A DNA stretch of 64,000 bases from the sequence record OP617745.1; one strand, given 5' to 3'. A program made the position numbers and the translations under genes. The notes beneath the pieces were generated by a model. That model searched no databases and was not told the origin of the DNA. It was given only the letters and a program-made list of their open reading frames with translations. Shown here in pieces: positions 1-9,589 of this stretch. How positions within the stretch are numbered: position 1 is the first letter of the stretch; every line of letters starts with the position of its first letter.

Positions 1-759
1 GATGTTAAACAAAAAGTAGGCGATCAGTACAAAAATAGTAAAGAACAAATTGATGAAATTCTTGCAACTATGGAACGCGGTATTATCCGCCAACAAGGTG
101 AGCAGACGTGGCTTGAAAATTCTTATAATGAAAGTAAGAACTATCTCTTTGAATTACGTGATTCACTTGATAATTTGCTTGAAGTAACTGCTGAACAACA
201 ATCTATTCTTACTGAATACCAGAAAGATGAAAATGTTGATGTATATGTTATTCAAGATCAAAAAGCAATCGTGGATGCATTGGAACGTCAGGTTGATACC
301 GTCCGTCGACTGATTCTGATGGTGGAAATTAATATTCCACAGATCGCGGCGATGAAGAAAGTTAATCTCAGTACTATCTCAAAATTCCATGATATGAAAA
401 CTATCATGATTCCGAGTTGGACTACTACTCTTAGTCAGAACTTGATCAGTGACCGTCAGAAAAAAGATCAAGAACTTACTGAATTGTTGGCTAATGAAAC
501 AAACCGTATGTTGCGTGTGGGAAGTGAAATGGTTGGTAAGAATATGATCGCAGCAGCTAAAGCAGCAGGTCGAGGTGTAGTTGATGTTGAAACTCTTCGT
601 ATTGCACAGAAAAACATCGTCGATGGTATGACTCAAGTTATTCATGAAGAGAAGAAACTGAAAGAAGAACGTGCTAATGCTGCAATTGAAATGAGTAAAA
701 TGTCACTTGAGTTAAAAGAAACTCTTCGTGATATTGCAGAGAAATCCGGTAAAATCTAA
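1..759 (+). CDS. TelA-like toxic anion resistance protein (5' end outside window)
   Basis: Frame open from base 1; helical protein ending in the TelA-type pattern IP.W.....Q.L...RQ.....L.....NETN.ML..GSEM. Confidence 0.7.
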   Translation, partial: DVKQKVGDQYKNSKEQIDEILATMERGIIRQQGEQTWLENSYNESKNYLFELRDSLDNLLEVTAEQQSILTEYQKDENVDVYVIQDQKAIVDALERQVDTVRRLILMVEINIPQIAAMKKVNLSTISKFHDMKTIMIPSWTTTLSQNLISDRQKKDQELTELLANETNRMLRVGSEMVGKNMIAAAKAAGRGVVDVETLRIAQKNIVDGMTQVIHEEKKLKEERANAAIEMSKMSLELKETLRDIAEKSGKI

Positions 760-780
760 TACACAATCATACTCACAGTT

Positions 781-810
781 AAAAAGGTTCCACTTCTGGA
801 ACCTTTTTTT
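781..810 (+). terminator. intrinsic terminator
   Basis: AAAAAGGTTCCA-CTTC-TGGAACCTTTTTTT. Confidence 0.85.
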
Positions 811-827
811 AATATTGGAGGTTATTA

Positions 828-1508
828 ATGACAAAGTTGTTATCACTTGATATTGAATCATTTGGTGTACCTGAACGTTCTGGGTATAATATCGTAGTAC
901 CAAATTATGCGGTTGTGCTTATCCCAGATAATCCCATGCATTTAATTGAATCTTTTTCGTATGTAAAACTACCATTTCAACCACAAGTGGAAAATGGATT
1001 AAAAGTTGATGCAGGTTCGATGGATTTTTGGTTCAATGAATGTAGGAAGTATTACCCAAATGCACTAAATGAAGTTACAAGTACTTTCAATTTAAAAGAA
1101 CCTGAAGTTTATCAAGTAACAAAATCTTCTAGATTTAAATCCAATGATGTTATTTCTATGTGGAAAGACCTCAGATATAATATCTATGGTGAAGAAGAAT
1201 CGTTGGAAATTTGGGGCAATGGTTGTAACTTTGATTGTAGTATTTTACAAGCAAATCATTTACTTCAATTCAATAAAGGTGACTTGTGGAATTATGCTTC
1301 ACCACAAAACGCCCGTTCTTTAAAACGATTGTTAAGTGCTGAAGAGCGTGAAGAAATGGATGAAATTGTTAAAAAACAGTTATTAAAATTCACTGACTTT
1401 GCAGCAGGGCATGGTTTTAACGCACTGGAACTGCATCACCCATTATATGATGCGGCACGAGAAGCCATTCAGATTTCTTATTGCTTGAATAAAAAATCAT
1501 CAAAATAA
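828..1508 (+). CDS. DEDD 3'-5' exonuclease (T4 DexA-like)
   Basis: LDIESFG, WGNGCNFDCSIL and HHPLYDAARE motifs. Confidence 0.8.
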   Translation: MTKLLSLDIESFGVPERSGYNIVVPNYAVVLIPDNPMHLIESFSYVKLPFQPQVENGLKVDAGSMDFWFNECRKYYPNALNEVTSTFNLKEPEVYQVTKSSRFKSNDVISMWKDLRYNIYGEEESLEIWGNGCNFDCSILQANHLLQFNKGDLWNYASPQNARSLKRLLSAEEREEMDEIVKKQLLKFTDFAAGHGFNALELHHPLYDAAREAIQISYCLNKKSSK

Positions 1509-1573
1509 AAGTTGAAAAAATTTTGAATACAGGATATACTAGTTATATCCTTTTTAATTTAAGAGATGATCAA

Positions 1574-2671
1574 ATGTTAAGTTATGTCATTTTGTTACTA
1601 CCTGCACTTATTGTTATGTTTGTGATGAAATACATTTATAACAAAGAAATTAGTACCAAAGAATTTTTGATTCATGGGGCTATTTGTATTATTAGTGCAA
1701 CTGTTGTATTGGCACTTTCTTATGCAATAAATTACGCTTCATTGACTGATACCCAGATTTTAAATGGTAAAGTACTAAGTAAGAACAAACACGTTGAGAC
1801 TTGTACTCAATATAGCTCGTGTGAGCATTATTATGTAAAAGAAAAATGTCATTATTACACAGATAGTAAAGGAAAACGTCACAAAAGTTGTGAAACATAT
1901 AAAGTGTTTGATTATCCGTATGAAGTTGACTGGTATGTCAATACCAGTGTGGGTGACTTCAAAATTAAACGAGTCAACCGACAAGGTACTACAACACCAA
2001 ATAGATGGTCAGTTGTTAAAATAAATGATTATGCAAGTAATACTTCATATTATATAAATTATCTTCTTTCTGATAAAAATTCATTATTCAGTACTGAAAA
2101 TGATATCAAAAATTACAGCGAAAAATATTTGAATTCTCTACCAGAATATCCTGAAATTTTTGATTATTATCATACTGAACATGTAATCAATACAACAAAA
2201 GCAGATGTTTCTGGTTTTGATGAATACATTAAAGATGAACTGAAAGATTTGGGATCATCTAAACAAGTAAACATTGAAATATTAATTTATGATTACAAAG
2301 ATATTGACTTTGTTGATGCAGTATTGTTAAAATGGAAGGGTGGTAAGAAAAATGATGTTATCATGTTCTTTGGTATTGATGAAAATTCAATTGTAAAATC
2401 TTTTGTAAGTACATCTTTCGCCAAAGGGGTTGGTAATGAAGAATTACATTCCAAAATGAGAATTGATGCATTACAAGAGGAATTAAATCTTGACTTAATC
2501 AAGAAAGAAGTACATAATATCAGTACAAAGTTCGTAAGACAACCAAATGAAAACTTTTCTTATCTAGCAACAAAACTGGAACCAAGAAAAGATGTGATGA
2601 TTTTGGTGTCTATTATACTGTTAATTCTGTCCTATTTCGTTGGACTATACATGAGAGATAATGAAGTATGA
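1574..2671 (+). CDS. membrane protein with large extracytoplasmic domain
   Basis: Two N-terminal and one C-terminal TM segments, Cys-rich loop; ATG 1574 preferred over TTG 1523. Confidence 0.75.
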   Translation: MLSYVILLLPALIVMFVMKYIYNKEISTKEFLIHGAICIISATVVLALSYAINYASLTDTQILNGKVLSKNKHVETCTQYSSCEHYYVKEKCHYYTDSKGKRHKSCETYKVFDYPYEVDWYVNTSVGDFKIKRVNRQGTTTPNRWSVVKINDYASNTSYYINYLLSDKNSLFSTENDIKNYSEKYLNSLPEYPEIFDYYHTEHVINTTKADVSGFDEYIKDELKDLGSSKQVNIEILIYDYKDIDFVDAVLLKWKGGKKNDVIMFFGIDENSIVKSFVSTSFAKGVGNEELHSKMRIDALQEELNLDLIKKEVHNISTKFVRQPNENFSYLATKLEPRKDVMILVSIILLILSYFVGLYMRDNEV

Positions 2672-3222
2672 ATAAAAATCTAATTGCTGTTTGTGCTGGA
2701 CTGGTTTTAATTTTTTTGTGTGCAGTAGGTTATGTATCGATGTATAGTTCTGCTCATGATACTGCTGTGTCATTTGAAGAGAATATTAAAAAGTATTATG
2801 ATGCTAGTGAATCACAATTGAGTACATATACACTGACTATTCAGGAAAAAGTACAAATTTCCGACAAATATAAAGATGGCCTGAAAGAAGTAATTGAATC
2901 ATATTTCAAAGGTCGTGAAGGTGCAGATCAAAACTTTGTAATGTCATATGTTCAACAGCATGTCCCAAATCTTGATCCTAAAATGTATCAAGAACTAATG
3001 GTGACGATTGATTCAGGGCGAGAGAAGTTTAACAATCTTCAGAAAATGAAAATTGAACAATGTACTGAATATGGTAAATTCAGAAAAGGATTCTGGAATT
3101 CCAAAATTCTGGATAAGGATGTATTCCCAGGTAAAGATATTGAACATTACTGTGCAGTGGTATCCGATACACGTACCAAGAATGCAATGAAAACTGGAGT
3201 ACAAGAAGTTATTAAATTATAA
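2668..3222 (+). CDS. membrane-anchored LemA-like helical protein
   Basis: N-terminal TM helix then coiled-coil region; overlaps upstream gene (ATGA). Confidence 0.55.
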   Translation: MNKNLIAVCAGLVLIFLCAVGYVSMYSSAHDTAVSFEENIKKYYDASESQLSTYTLTIQEKVQISDKYKDGLKEVIESYFKGREGADQNFVMSYVQQHVPNLDPKMYQELMVTIDSGREKFNNLQKMKIEQCTEYGKFRKGFWNSKILDKDVFPGKDIEHYCAVVSDTRTKNAMKTGVQEVIKL

Positions 3223-3228
3223 TTTGAA

Positions 3229-3253
3229 GGGGAGACGAAAGTCTTCCCTTTTC
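3229..3253 (+). terminator. intrinsic terminator
   Basis: GGGGAGAC-GAAA-GTCTTCCC-TTTT. Confidence 0.85.
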
Positions 3254-3268
3254 TTGTTAGGTGAATAT

Positions 3269-3859
3269 ATGTATCACAATGAAACAATAGAGCTATTTGA
3301 AATAATCAACTCATTTGAGCCGGAGATGTTAAAAACATTACCCAGTTATGATGTACAACACAACGGACGTTCTTTCAGTTATATTTCAACATATGCAGAA
3401 TCAGAACATCCAATAAAATACAACGAATTTACGGTTAAATGGGTAACAGAAAGGGAAGATGAAGTTGTTCCAACTATTTCAGTTGGTTCTTCAACTTTAA
3501 CATCATTGACTCGTACTTACAATAATGTCAGTACTGATTTATTGAATACTTGTACAGTACTTGTATCAAGTGATTTATCCAGATTGATTTCAGTACAATG
3601 GGAAATGGGCTTGAATAGCAATATGATTTACCCACAGGCTATGATTAGTTCTACAATTATTAAAAAAACAACATCTGAAATGAAATTGATGAATGCATTG
3701 TATTTGCGAAATGAAAGTGTACTAATTAATGGTGTACTTTATGATTTAAATGCAAATGCAAATGCATTCACTGAAGATATTAGTGATGATAAATCACATT
3801 TTTCTATACTAAACGTCATTAATTTAAGGAACATTTTTAATGAATTACGATTGGCTTGA
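3269..3859 (+). CDS. hypothetical protein
   Basis: ORF; start moved to ATG 3269 downstream of the terminator and an AGGTG RBS. Confidence 0.75.
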   Translation: MYHNETIELFEIINSFEPEMLKTLPSYDVQHNGRSFSYISTYAESEHPIKYNEFTVKWVTEREDEVVPTISVGSSTLTSLTRTYNNVSTDLLNTCTVLVSSDLSRLISVQWEMGLNSNMIYPQAMISSTIIKKTTSEMKLMNALYLRNESVLINGVLYDLNANANAFTEDISDDKSHFSILNVINLRNIFNELRLA

Positions 3860-4403
3860 AACCCTTATTAACGAATCATGTAATGCACTAAAAGAATATG
3901 ATATTTCAGTGTTTTTCAATCCACTATTCAATGATCACAAATTTGAATCATTTGATATAGAAAAAAGAGATAATTTTATTATCTTAAAAAATGGTATTAG
4001 TCAGAAAGAAGTCGTGACATATAAAAAGAATTCAAGTCCTTATAATATTAGTACTGCGATAGTTGGTAGTTCCGCGATAAATGGTAATATCAATGTTTAT
4101 AACAAAAATCCATTTCATAATGATTTACCTGATTATCACAGCATTGAGTATGTAAATTACACTTATTCATTTGTTTTCAGACAAGATGGTTTCATTGGGT
4201 TTGATGTAAAGAAAAAATCAGAAACTTTATTGAATATTATTGTTGGAAATAGTGATATTTTGATATACAATGAAAATGGTTATAACTGGTACAACAAAGA
4301 AACATTTGAAGAATTTTCATTTCAAAATTCATTAATTGAACCAAGAAAAAATTTTGATTTATTTTATATTAATTCTGTACTTAAAAATTTTAAATTAGTT
4401 TAA
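3840..4403 (+). CDS. FQxS(T/L) C-terminal-motif family protein
   Basis: TFEEFSFQNSLIE near C-terminus. Confidence 0.7.
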   Translation: MNYDWLETLINESCNALKEYDISVFFNPLFNDHKFESFDIEKRDNFIILKNGISQKEVVTYKKNSSPYNISTAIVGSSAINGNINVYNKNPFHNDLPDYHSIEYVNYTYSFVFRQDGFIGFDVKKKSETLLNIIVGNSDILIYNENGYNWYNKETFEEFSFQNSLIEPRKNFDLFYINSVLKNFKLV

Positions 4404-4413
4404 GGATAATAAA

Positions 4414-4776
4414 ATGTGGTATATTATTAGTGTAGTAGTACTTTCTGTTTTGGTTGGTATTGTATTCCTGAAAGGGGTAACGTATACAATGTCTAAAATA
4501 GACAAGTACCAGGAAAATTCAGTAATCGATTTGTTTATTGATTACCCAAAAAGCATCATTGCTTTTCTATTTGTTATGGTACTGGTTGGTTTTTATATGG
4601 TATCTCATCAAATTGGAGAAATGTATACCTGTGCCATCCGAAGTAGTTCACAGAACGTAGAAACTGAATATAGTTGGTATTTTGATAAATGTCGCTTCAA
4701 AAATAAAGATGGTGCATGGGTAGATATTGATCGTTTATTGGGTATGCCTGATGGCAAAGAACATGAACAACAATGA
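4414..4776 (+). CDS. membrane protein
   Basis: Two hydrophobic helices. Confidence 0.75.
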   Translation: MWYIISVVVLSVLVGIVFLKGVTYTMSKIDKYQENSVIDLFIDYPKSIIAFLFVMVLVGFYMVSHQIGEMYTCAIRSSSQNVETEYSWYFDKCRFKNKDGAWVDIDRLLGMPDGKEHEQQ

Positions 4777-5287
4777 ACATAAATTCTTCATAGAGCCAGA
4801 AAATGAAATAGACTATTTTGATGCATTAGACAGTACTGAAGATGGATATACACATATCAATATATATAGTAAAGGTAAAACTAAATTAGGACGCGATTTA
4901 TCTAATTTTAGTTCCTATAGTTTTACGCTTGAACCATATGGATGGTTTCCATCAGTAGAGTCATTTTATTTCTGGTTTTTAACTGGACAAAAACACCATG
5001 AGCTACGTAAGCTCTCTGGGGCGGCAGCTAAGGCTGCTGCGGAAAAGTATACCAATGACAGGCTTGAGATGAATGAGGAGCGTCTTGGTGTGATACAGGC
5101 CGCTATTTGTGCCAAGATAGTACAGAACCCTGACTTAGCAGAGCGTTTAAAGAAAAGTACTTTAGCTTTTAAGCATTATTATTGCTATGGTAATAAAGTA
5201 ATAAACGTGGAAGATGAACATGGGTGGTTTGTTCAAACAATTGAAGATATAAGGACTGTATTAAAAGAAGGAGATGAACATGAATGA
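4727..5287 (+). CDS. NADAR-family protein (T4 gp30.3-like)
   Basis: LSNF..F......F.SVESF, LSGAAAKAA, AKIVQNPDL..RL.KS...KH pattern; true start probably slightly downstream. Confidence 0.7.
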   Translation: MIVYWVCLMAKNMNNNEHKFFIEPENEIDYFDALDSTEDGYTHINIYSKGKTKLGRDLSNFSSYSFTLEPYGWFPSVESFYFWFLTGQKHHELRKLSGAAAKAAAEKYTNDRLEMNEERLGVIQAAICAKIVQNPDLAERLKKSTLAFKHYYCYGNKVINVEDEHGWFVQTIEDIRTVLKEGDEHE

Positions 5288-5513
5288 TACGCAGTTTGAA
5301 TCATTTGATATAGAGAGTATATTAAAACCCACTGATAACTGTACGGTACTTATGAATATGTACTGGATAGTCAAAGATGAAAAAGTCTTTAGATCACTAC
5401 GAACTAAAGTATGGCAATGTAATAAATTTGAGAGTGTAGTTAAACGTGTAATCGAATCTTATCCTGGTTGTGAGGTTCGTTTTCTCGAATATGCTTATGT
5501 AAAGAAGGATTGA
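5274..5513 (+). CDS. hypothetical protein
   Basis: Tiled + strand ORF. Confidence 0.7.
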   Translation: MNMNDTQFESFDIESILKPTDNCTVLMNMYWIVKDEKVFRSLRTKVWQCNKFESVVKRVIESYPGCEVRFLEYAYVKKD

Positions 5514-5956
5514 ATATGAAATATTATATGGTAACGGAAGGTGATTCGAGTGGTATTCATTTTTTATGGTCTTATTATGAACTACTTGACTGCTGTACAG
5601 TAGAAGACGCTGAAGATTTATATAGAGAAGAAAATGGATATTCACTGGATGCACCTTATGGGTTGAGAATTTATAGTAAAGAAATTACAGAAAAAGAATA
5701 TCATGATGGATTGCATTTTAACGATTATTATGGTGTTAGAACGCTAATTACCGAATTGATGTTTAAAAATAACATTTTCCCACTAAAAAGTTGGGCTTTA
5801 ATGTTTGCAAATCCAAAAAAACCTGTTAGAATAGGGTTTCCTGGTTCACATCTAGTTTATCGTATGAATGATAAACGAGAGCTTAGCTACCAGTATGATT
5901 ATGATTCACATAAGTTTGGTCCTCTACCAGCATTTAAAGGTTTGACAAATGAGTAA
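5510..5956 (+). CDS. hypothetical protein
   Basis: Tiled + strand ORF. Confidence 0.7.
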   Translation: MNMKYYMVTEGDSSGIHFLWSYYELLDCCTVEDAEDLYREENGYSLDAPYGLRIYSKEITEKEYHDGLHFNDYYGVRTLITELMFKNNIFPLKSWALMFANPKKPVRIGFPGSHLVYRMNDKRELSYQYDYDSHKFGPLPAFKGLTNE

Positions 5957-6284
5957 AGATTCATTAGAATTTATTTTACGTTGTGATTGTGGTGAAAAAT
6001 CAGATCATGTAATTCACATTGCACAGTACGATCTAGATGAAGAGTACGGTGATAATAAACTTGGCACTTGTTTAATCAGTGCTCGTTTAGAACCATGTAA
6101 AACATGGTATGAACGTGTTTGGATTGGTATCAAATACATCTTTGGTTACAATAGTTATCAGTATATGGATACAATGGTTGATGTTGATATCCTACGTGAA
6201 GTAGTACAACAGTTAAAAGATGAACGTTCAGAAGAAGACAAAAAAGCTTCTCGTGAAAAACGCTCAGAGGTTAAGGTTCTATGA
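5949..6284 (+). CDS. hypothetical protein (CxCG...H motif)
   Basis: Tiled ORF; RCDCGEKSDH possible metal site. Confidence 0.7.
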   Translation: MSKDSLEFILRCDCGEKSDHVIHIAQYDLDEEYGDNKLGTCLISARLEPCKTWYERVWIGIKYIFGYNSYQYMDTMVDVDILREVVQQLKDERSEEDKKASREKRSEVKVL

Positions 6285-6475
6285 GTGTGTTATTTGAAAA
6301 GAAATATTGTACTAAATGCTTGACAGCTTATACAATTCAGGGTATGATTTGTTGCTCAAACTGTCAAAGCACAGATGCTCAAACGTTTTTGGTTGATGAT
6401 CGTTACACCGATTTAATTCAATTCAAAGCGAATCGAAATTTAAAACATTTTAGTGCTTTACACGACAAAGATTGA
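6281..6475 (+). CDS. small zinc-ribbon protein
   Basis: CTKC...CSNC. Confidence 0.65.
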   Translation: MSVLFEKKYCTKCLTAYTIQGMICCSNCQSTDAQTFLVDDRYTDLIQFKANRNLKHFSALHDKD

Positions 6476-6520
6476 ATGCTATAATCATCTTAACTTAAAC
6501 AAAAACAGGAATTACTTTAT

Positions 6521-7012
6521 ATGACTAACGTTAATACCAATCTAGTAACTGATATCAAAAAAGTTATTACTTCTCATCATTTCTTTGCACCAGAAAAACA
6601 ACGAGTCATCTCTGATATCAAAGAAGATGAACTTAGTATTATTATTCGTTTTAAAGAACCTGGTGATGAAATTTCATCACAGTTCACTGTACTTCGTGGT
6701 AAATTCCGCGAAGAAGGCGTTGACAAGATCCCAGCTTACATTCTTTTTATTACACTTGGTAGTGTAATTAAGCTGGAAATTGATGAAAATCTGGAGCGTT
6801 CATATAAATTTATGCTTGCACCAGTTACAGATGATGATAACGTTGAACTGGATTTCAAGAATGATTTCACTGAAGAAGAATTCTTTCAGCAAAGTACAAT
6901 CCATGATTTCCGTTCAGTAACTTATGAACACGTCGAACTTATCAAAGATATGATTGAACCAGTTACCAGTTACGAGAAATATCTCGATGGTCAAGCTGAA
7001 GGCAACGAATAA
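6521..7012 (+). CDS. FQxS(T/L) C-terminal-motif family protein
   Basis: FTEEEFFQQSTIHDF; follows a sigma70-like promoter. Confidence 0.8.
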   Translation: MTNVNTNLVTDIKKVITSHHFFAPEKQRVISDIKEDELSIIIRFKEPGDEISSQFTVLRGKFREEGVDKIPAYILFITLGSVIKLEIDENLERSYKFMLAPVTDDDNVELDFKNDFTEEEFFQQSTIHDFRSVTYEHVELIKDMIEPVTSYEKYLDGQAEGNE

Positions 7013-7017
7013 AAATA

Positions 7018-7044
7018 AATAACCCACTTCGGTGGGTTATTTTC
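7018..7044 (+). terminator. intrinsic terminator
   Basis: AATAACCCAC-TTCG-GTGGGTTATT-TT. Confidence 0.9.
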
Positions 7045-7062
7045 TATATAAGGATATAAATT

Positions 7063-7620
7063 ATGTTAAAAGAAATTCAAAAATTAACAAATTCAATTGT
7101 AGATTTTCTTAAAGATAAAAATGGTTTTAGTACTGAAGTATCAAAACAGGGTGTTCAGTTAATCGTTAAAAGTCCTAATGGTACTGAAACTTTGTATGAT
7201 GTTTATGAATTGCTTTTATATAAACTTAGTGCTAATAAACTAGGTGGTGATATTCAGTTAAACATTAATGATAGTACTGAGGGTAAGATTTTTGCAATTA
7301 ACACGAATGTAAATTTTGATATTCATTCTAAAATCCTCGAAATTAATAATTCATTTGATGATTTCAAACACGACACCATTCGTGGTGTTTTTGTTAGTAC
7401 TCAATTATCTGAAAGTACAAATCCGTTTTCGGTACTAACCATGTATAAAAATGGTACATGGGTTCGTTATGATTTAACACTGTCGGAATTACTGTACGCT
7501 TGTGTAAATGGGTATAAATTACAATTGAACGATTCAGGTTTTGTATACAATGAATTACGTGAATTGTGCGAAAATGTAAAAAAAGAAATGAAGCAAGAAG
7601 AAAATACAATATCCAAATAA
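7063..7620 (+). CDS. hypothetical protein
   Basis: ORF with AGGA RBS. Confidence 0.75.
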   Translation: MLKEIQKLTNSIVDFLKDKNGFSTEVSKQGVQLIVKSPNGTETLYDVYELLLYKLSANKLGGDIQLNINDSTEGKIFAINTNVNFDIHSKILEINNSFDDFKHDTIRGVFVSTQLSESTNPFSVLTMYKNGTWVRYDLTLSELLYACVNGYKLQLNDSGFVYNELRELCENVKKEMKQEENTISK

Positions 7621-7636
7621 TGAGGTAGATCTCTGT

Positions 7637-8059
7637 ATGACATTACATGAAGTACTGAATAGTTTCTTTGAATTGAATATTTCAGAAATGAAAACCAAAC
7701 AAAATAGACACCAACATAGTGTTTGGTATGATGCCCAACCACAACCGTTTTTAATCAATTTTAAAGAAACAGAAACATACACAATAATGAGATTTCATCA
7801 TTTTGATGGTGAAAATAATTACAGGGTATCATATGATGCAGGAACTGATCGACTGATTTACACAGTAATGGGTACCATTTCATCAACCATTACGATTGGA
7901 AACTTCTCTTCTTATAAATCAGAAGATAATTTTTTTCAGGATTCACTGATTAATGATTACAATGATTTATCATTCGAAGATATTGACAAAATGATGAATA
8001 TGTTCTATAATGTAAAAAATACAAGTTTATCCCTATTTGGTGAAGATGATGAAATTTGA
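7637..8059 (+). CDS. FQxS(T/L) C-terminal-motif family protein
   Basis: SEDNFFQDSLINDY. Confidence 0.8.
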   Translation: MTLHEVLNSFFELNISEMKTKQNRHQHSVWYDAQPQPFLINFKETETYTIMRFHHFDGENNYRVSYDAGTDRLIYTVMGTISSTITIGNFSSYKSEDNFFQDSLINDYNDLSFEDIDKMMNMFYNVKNTSLSLFGEDDEI

Positions 8060-8486
8060 TTTAGAAAAATTTCTGGATTTGGATTTAGATTCATTTTATA
8101 TCAGAAAGTTTATTTTTAAACCACACACAAATGTGGTTGATTATGCTGTGATTGAACTACATGAATCGGATTATACAATTTGGTACGATGTTGATGATTG
8201 TATTCAACTAAAGGAATGTGATGAATGTAAAGGTTATGTTCTGTTGTATGACCTCAATACAAATGAAATTACATTAAAAACTTCACATTATGATGAATAC
8301 GGTATTATAACAAGACGTGAATGTGTTGCATTTTCACATGATGATTACACAGAAGAATCATTTTTTATGATTAGTACCTTACATGATGTTGGGGAATTTA
8401 CATTTGAAACTTTCGATAAATTTAATAAAATTTTGAAAAAGATTAAATCAATGATCAAGGAAATTGAAAATGAACAGTCCAAGTAA
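8037..8486 (+). CDS. FQxS(T/L) C-terminal-motif family protein
   Basis: YTEESFFMISTLHD. Confidence 0.8.
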   Translation: MVKMMKFDLEKFLDLDLDSFYIRKFIFKPHTNVVDYAVIELHESDYTIWYDVDDCIQLKECDECKGYVLLYDLNTNEITLKTSHYDEYGIITRRECVAFSHDDYTEESFFMISTLHDVGEFTFETFDKFNKILKKIKSMIKEIENEQSK

Positions 8487-8883
8487 ATGTTATATTGTTA
8501 TTCGTAATGATTTGGATATGCCAGAAGGTAAATTTGGTGCACAAATCGGCCATGGCATCGACGCAGTATGGAAAGAGGTTTTGGTAGCCGGTACGATGGT
8601 GCGTGCTGCAAATATAGCCAATGAGCAACCAAAAGAGCGTGATATCAAAATACAGGATGAAATTTCTAAATGGGTAAGTGACGGTAGTAGAAAGATTATT
8701 CTAAAAACAAAATCAGAAGACGAATTACTGAAAATTTATAAAAAGGTATTGTCTGAAGGTTGTATTTGTACTAAAATTTATGATTATGGATTTAATTTTT
8801 TTGATGGTTTAACTTTAACTGGTATTGTTGTACATCCATGTTCAGAAGAAATTAAAACATTAAAACGAGTACGCTTATGGTAA
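8464..8883 (+). CDS. peptidyl-tRNA hydrolase type 2 (PTH2)
   Basis: YIVIRNDLDMPEGKFGAQIGHG, RKIILK, IYDYG...F...TLTGI, L..L.L C-terminus. Confidence 0.88.
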   Translation: MKMNSPSKCYIVIRNDLDMPEGKFGAQIGHGIDAVWKEVLVAGTMVRAANIANEQPKERDIKIQDEISKWVSDGSRKIILKTKSEDELLKIYKKVLSEGCICTKIYDYGFNFFDGLTLTGIVVHPCSEEIKTLKRVRLW

Positions 8884-9251
8884 ATGAACATTTAAAAGAA
8901 TTATGTTCTTTATGGAAATCATCTGATGTAAGATTTGAACCTGTACCCAAAAATAAAGATAACTGGCATAATTCTATTGTTATTGGGTCTTGTGGTTTTT
9001 TTCTTTTACCTATTGTACTAAAAGATAAAAAAATAGGTATTGTTGTTTTATACAATGATATTATATATTATTTTTTGTACGAAGATGAAATTCAGTACGT
9101 ACATAATAATATGACACATACATATAAAAGAGATACCACACATGAAGAACTATTCCAACTAAGTACTTTATACGATGGAGTAATTCAGTACGAAAACTTA
9201 ATAGAAGTTTTTAACTTATATGATTCCGTAATGGAGGTAATTGAAAGATGA
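8877..9251 (+). CDS. FQxS(T/L) C-terminal-motif family protein
   Basis: THEELFQLSTLYD. Confidence 0.8.
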   Translation: MVNEHLKELCSLWKSSDVRFEPVPKNKDNWHNSIVIGSCGFFLLPIVLKDKKIGIVVLYNDIIYYFLYEDEIQYVHNNMTHTYKRDTTHEELFQLSTLYDGVIQYENLIEVFNLYDSVMEVIER

Positions 9252-9589
9252 TGAGTCATTGTAAATTCTGGCTTCCTGTTATGGTTGTTCTGTTTATTAT
9301 TTTTACAGTAGTAAACTACAAAATCCACAATTCTATCCCAAGACAGCCTACAGCAGAAGAATTAGCTATTCATCAAAATAGTGGTTTATATGCTGAAGTA
9401 CTCAATAAAATCAAAAACAAATGTACTGGTATCAGTGATAATGAAAGGAATACATTCTATACATGTCAGGACGGTTCTAAAGTATCAGTGATTTACTGGA
9501 AACGACAAGATAGAAGTGGGTATGTCACTCGTGATTTTGATAAAAATGGTAAATTAATTTCGATTTATGGACACCCAGATGATATCTAA
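9248..9589 (+). CDS. membrane-anchored hypothetical protein
   Basis: N-terminal TM helix. Confidence 0.7.
   Translation: MMSHCKFWLPVMVVLFIIFTVVNYKIHNSIPRQPTAEELAIHQNSGLYAEVLNKIKNKCTGISDNERNTFYTCQDGSKVSVIYWKRQDRSGYVTRDFDKNGKLISIYGHPDDI

Noticed and set aside
3269-3859. Membership of the FQxS(T/L) family
   Set aside because: Only a weak FTED..D..HFS resemblance; the diagnostic F-Q-x-S-T/L is absent.
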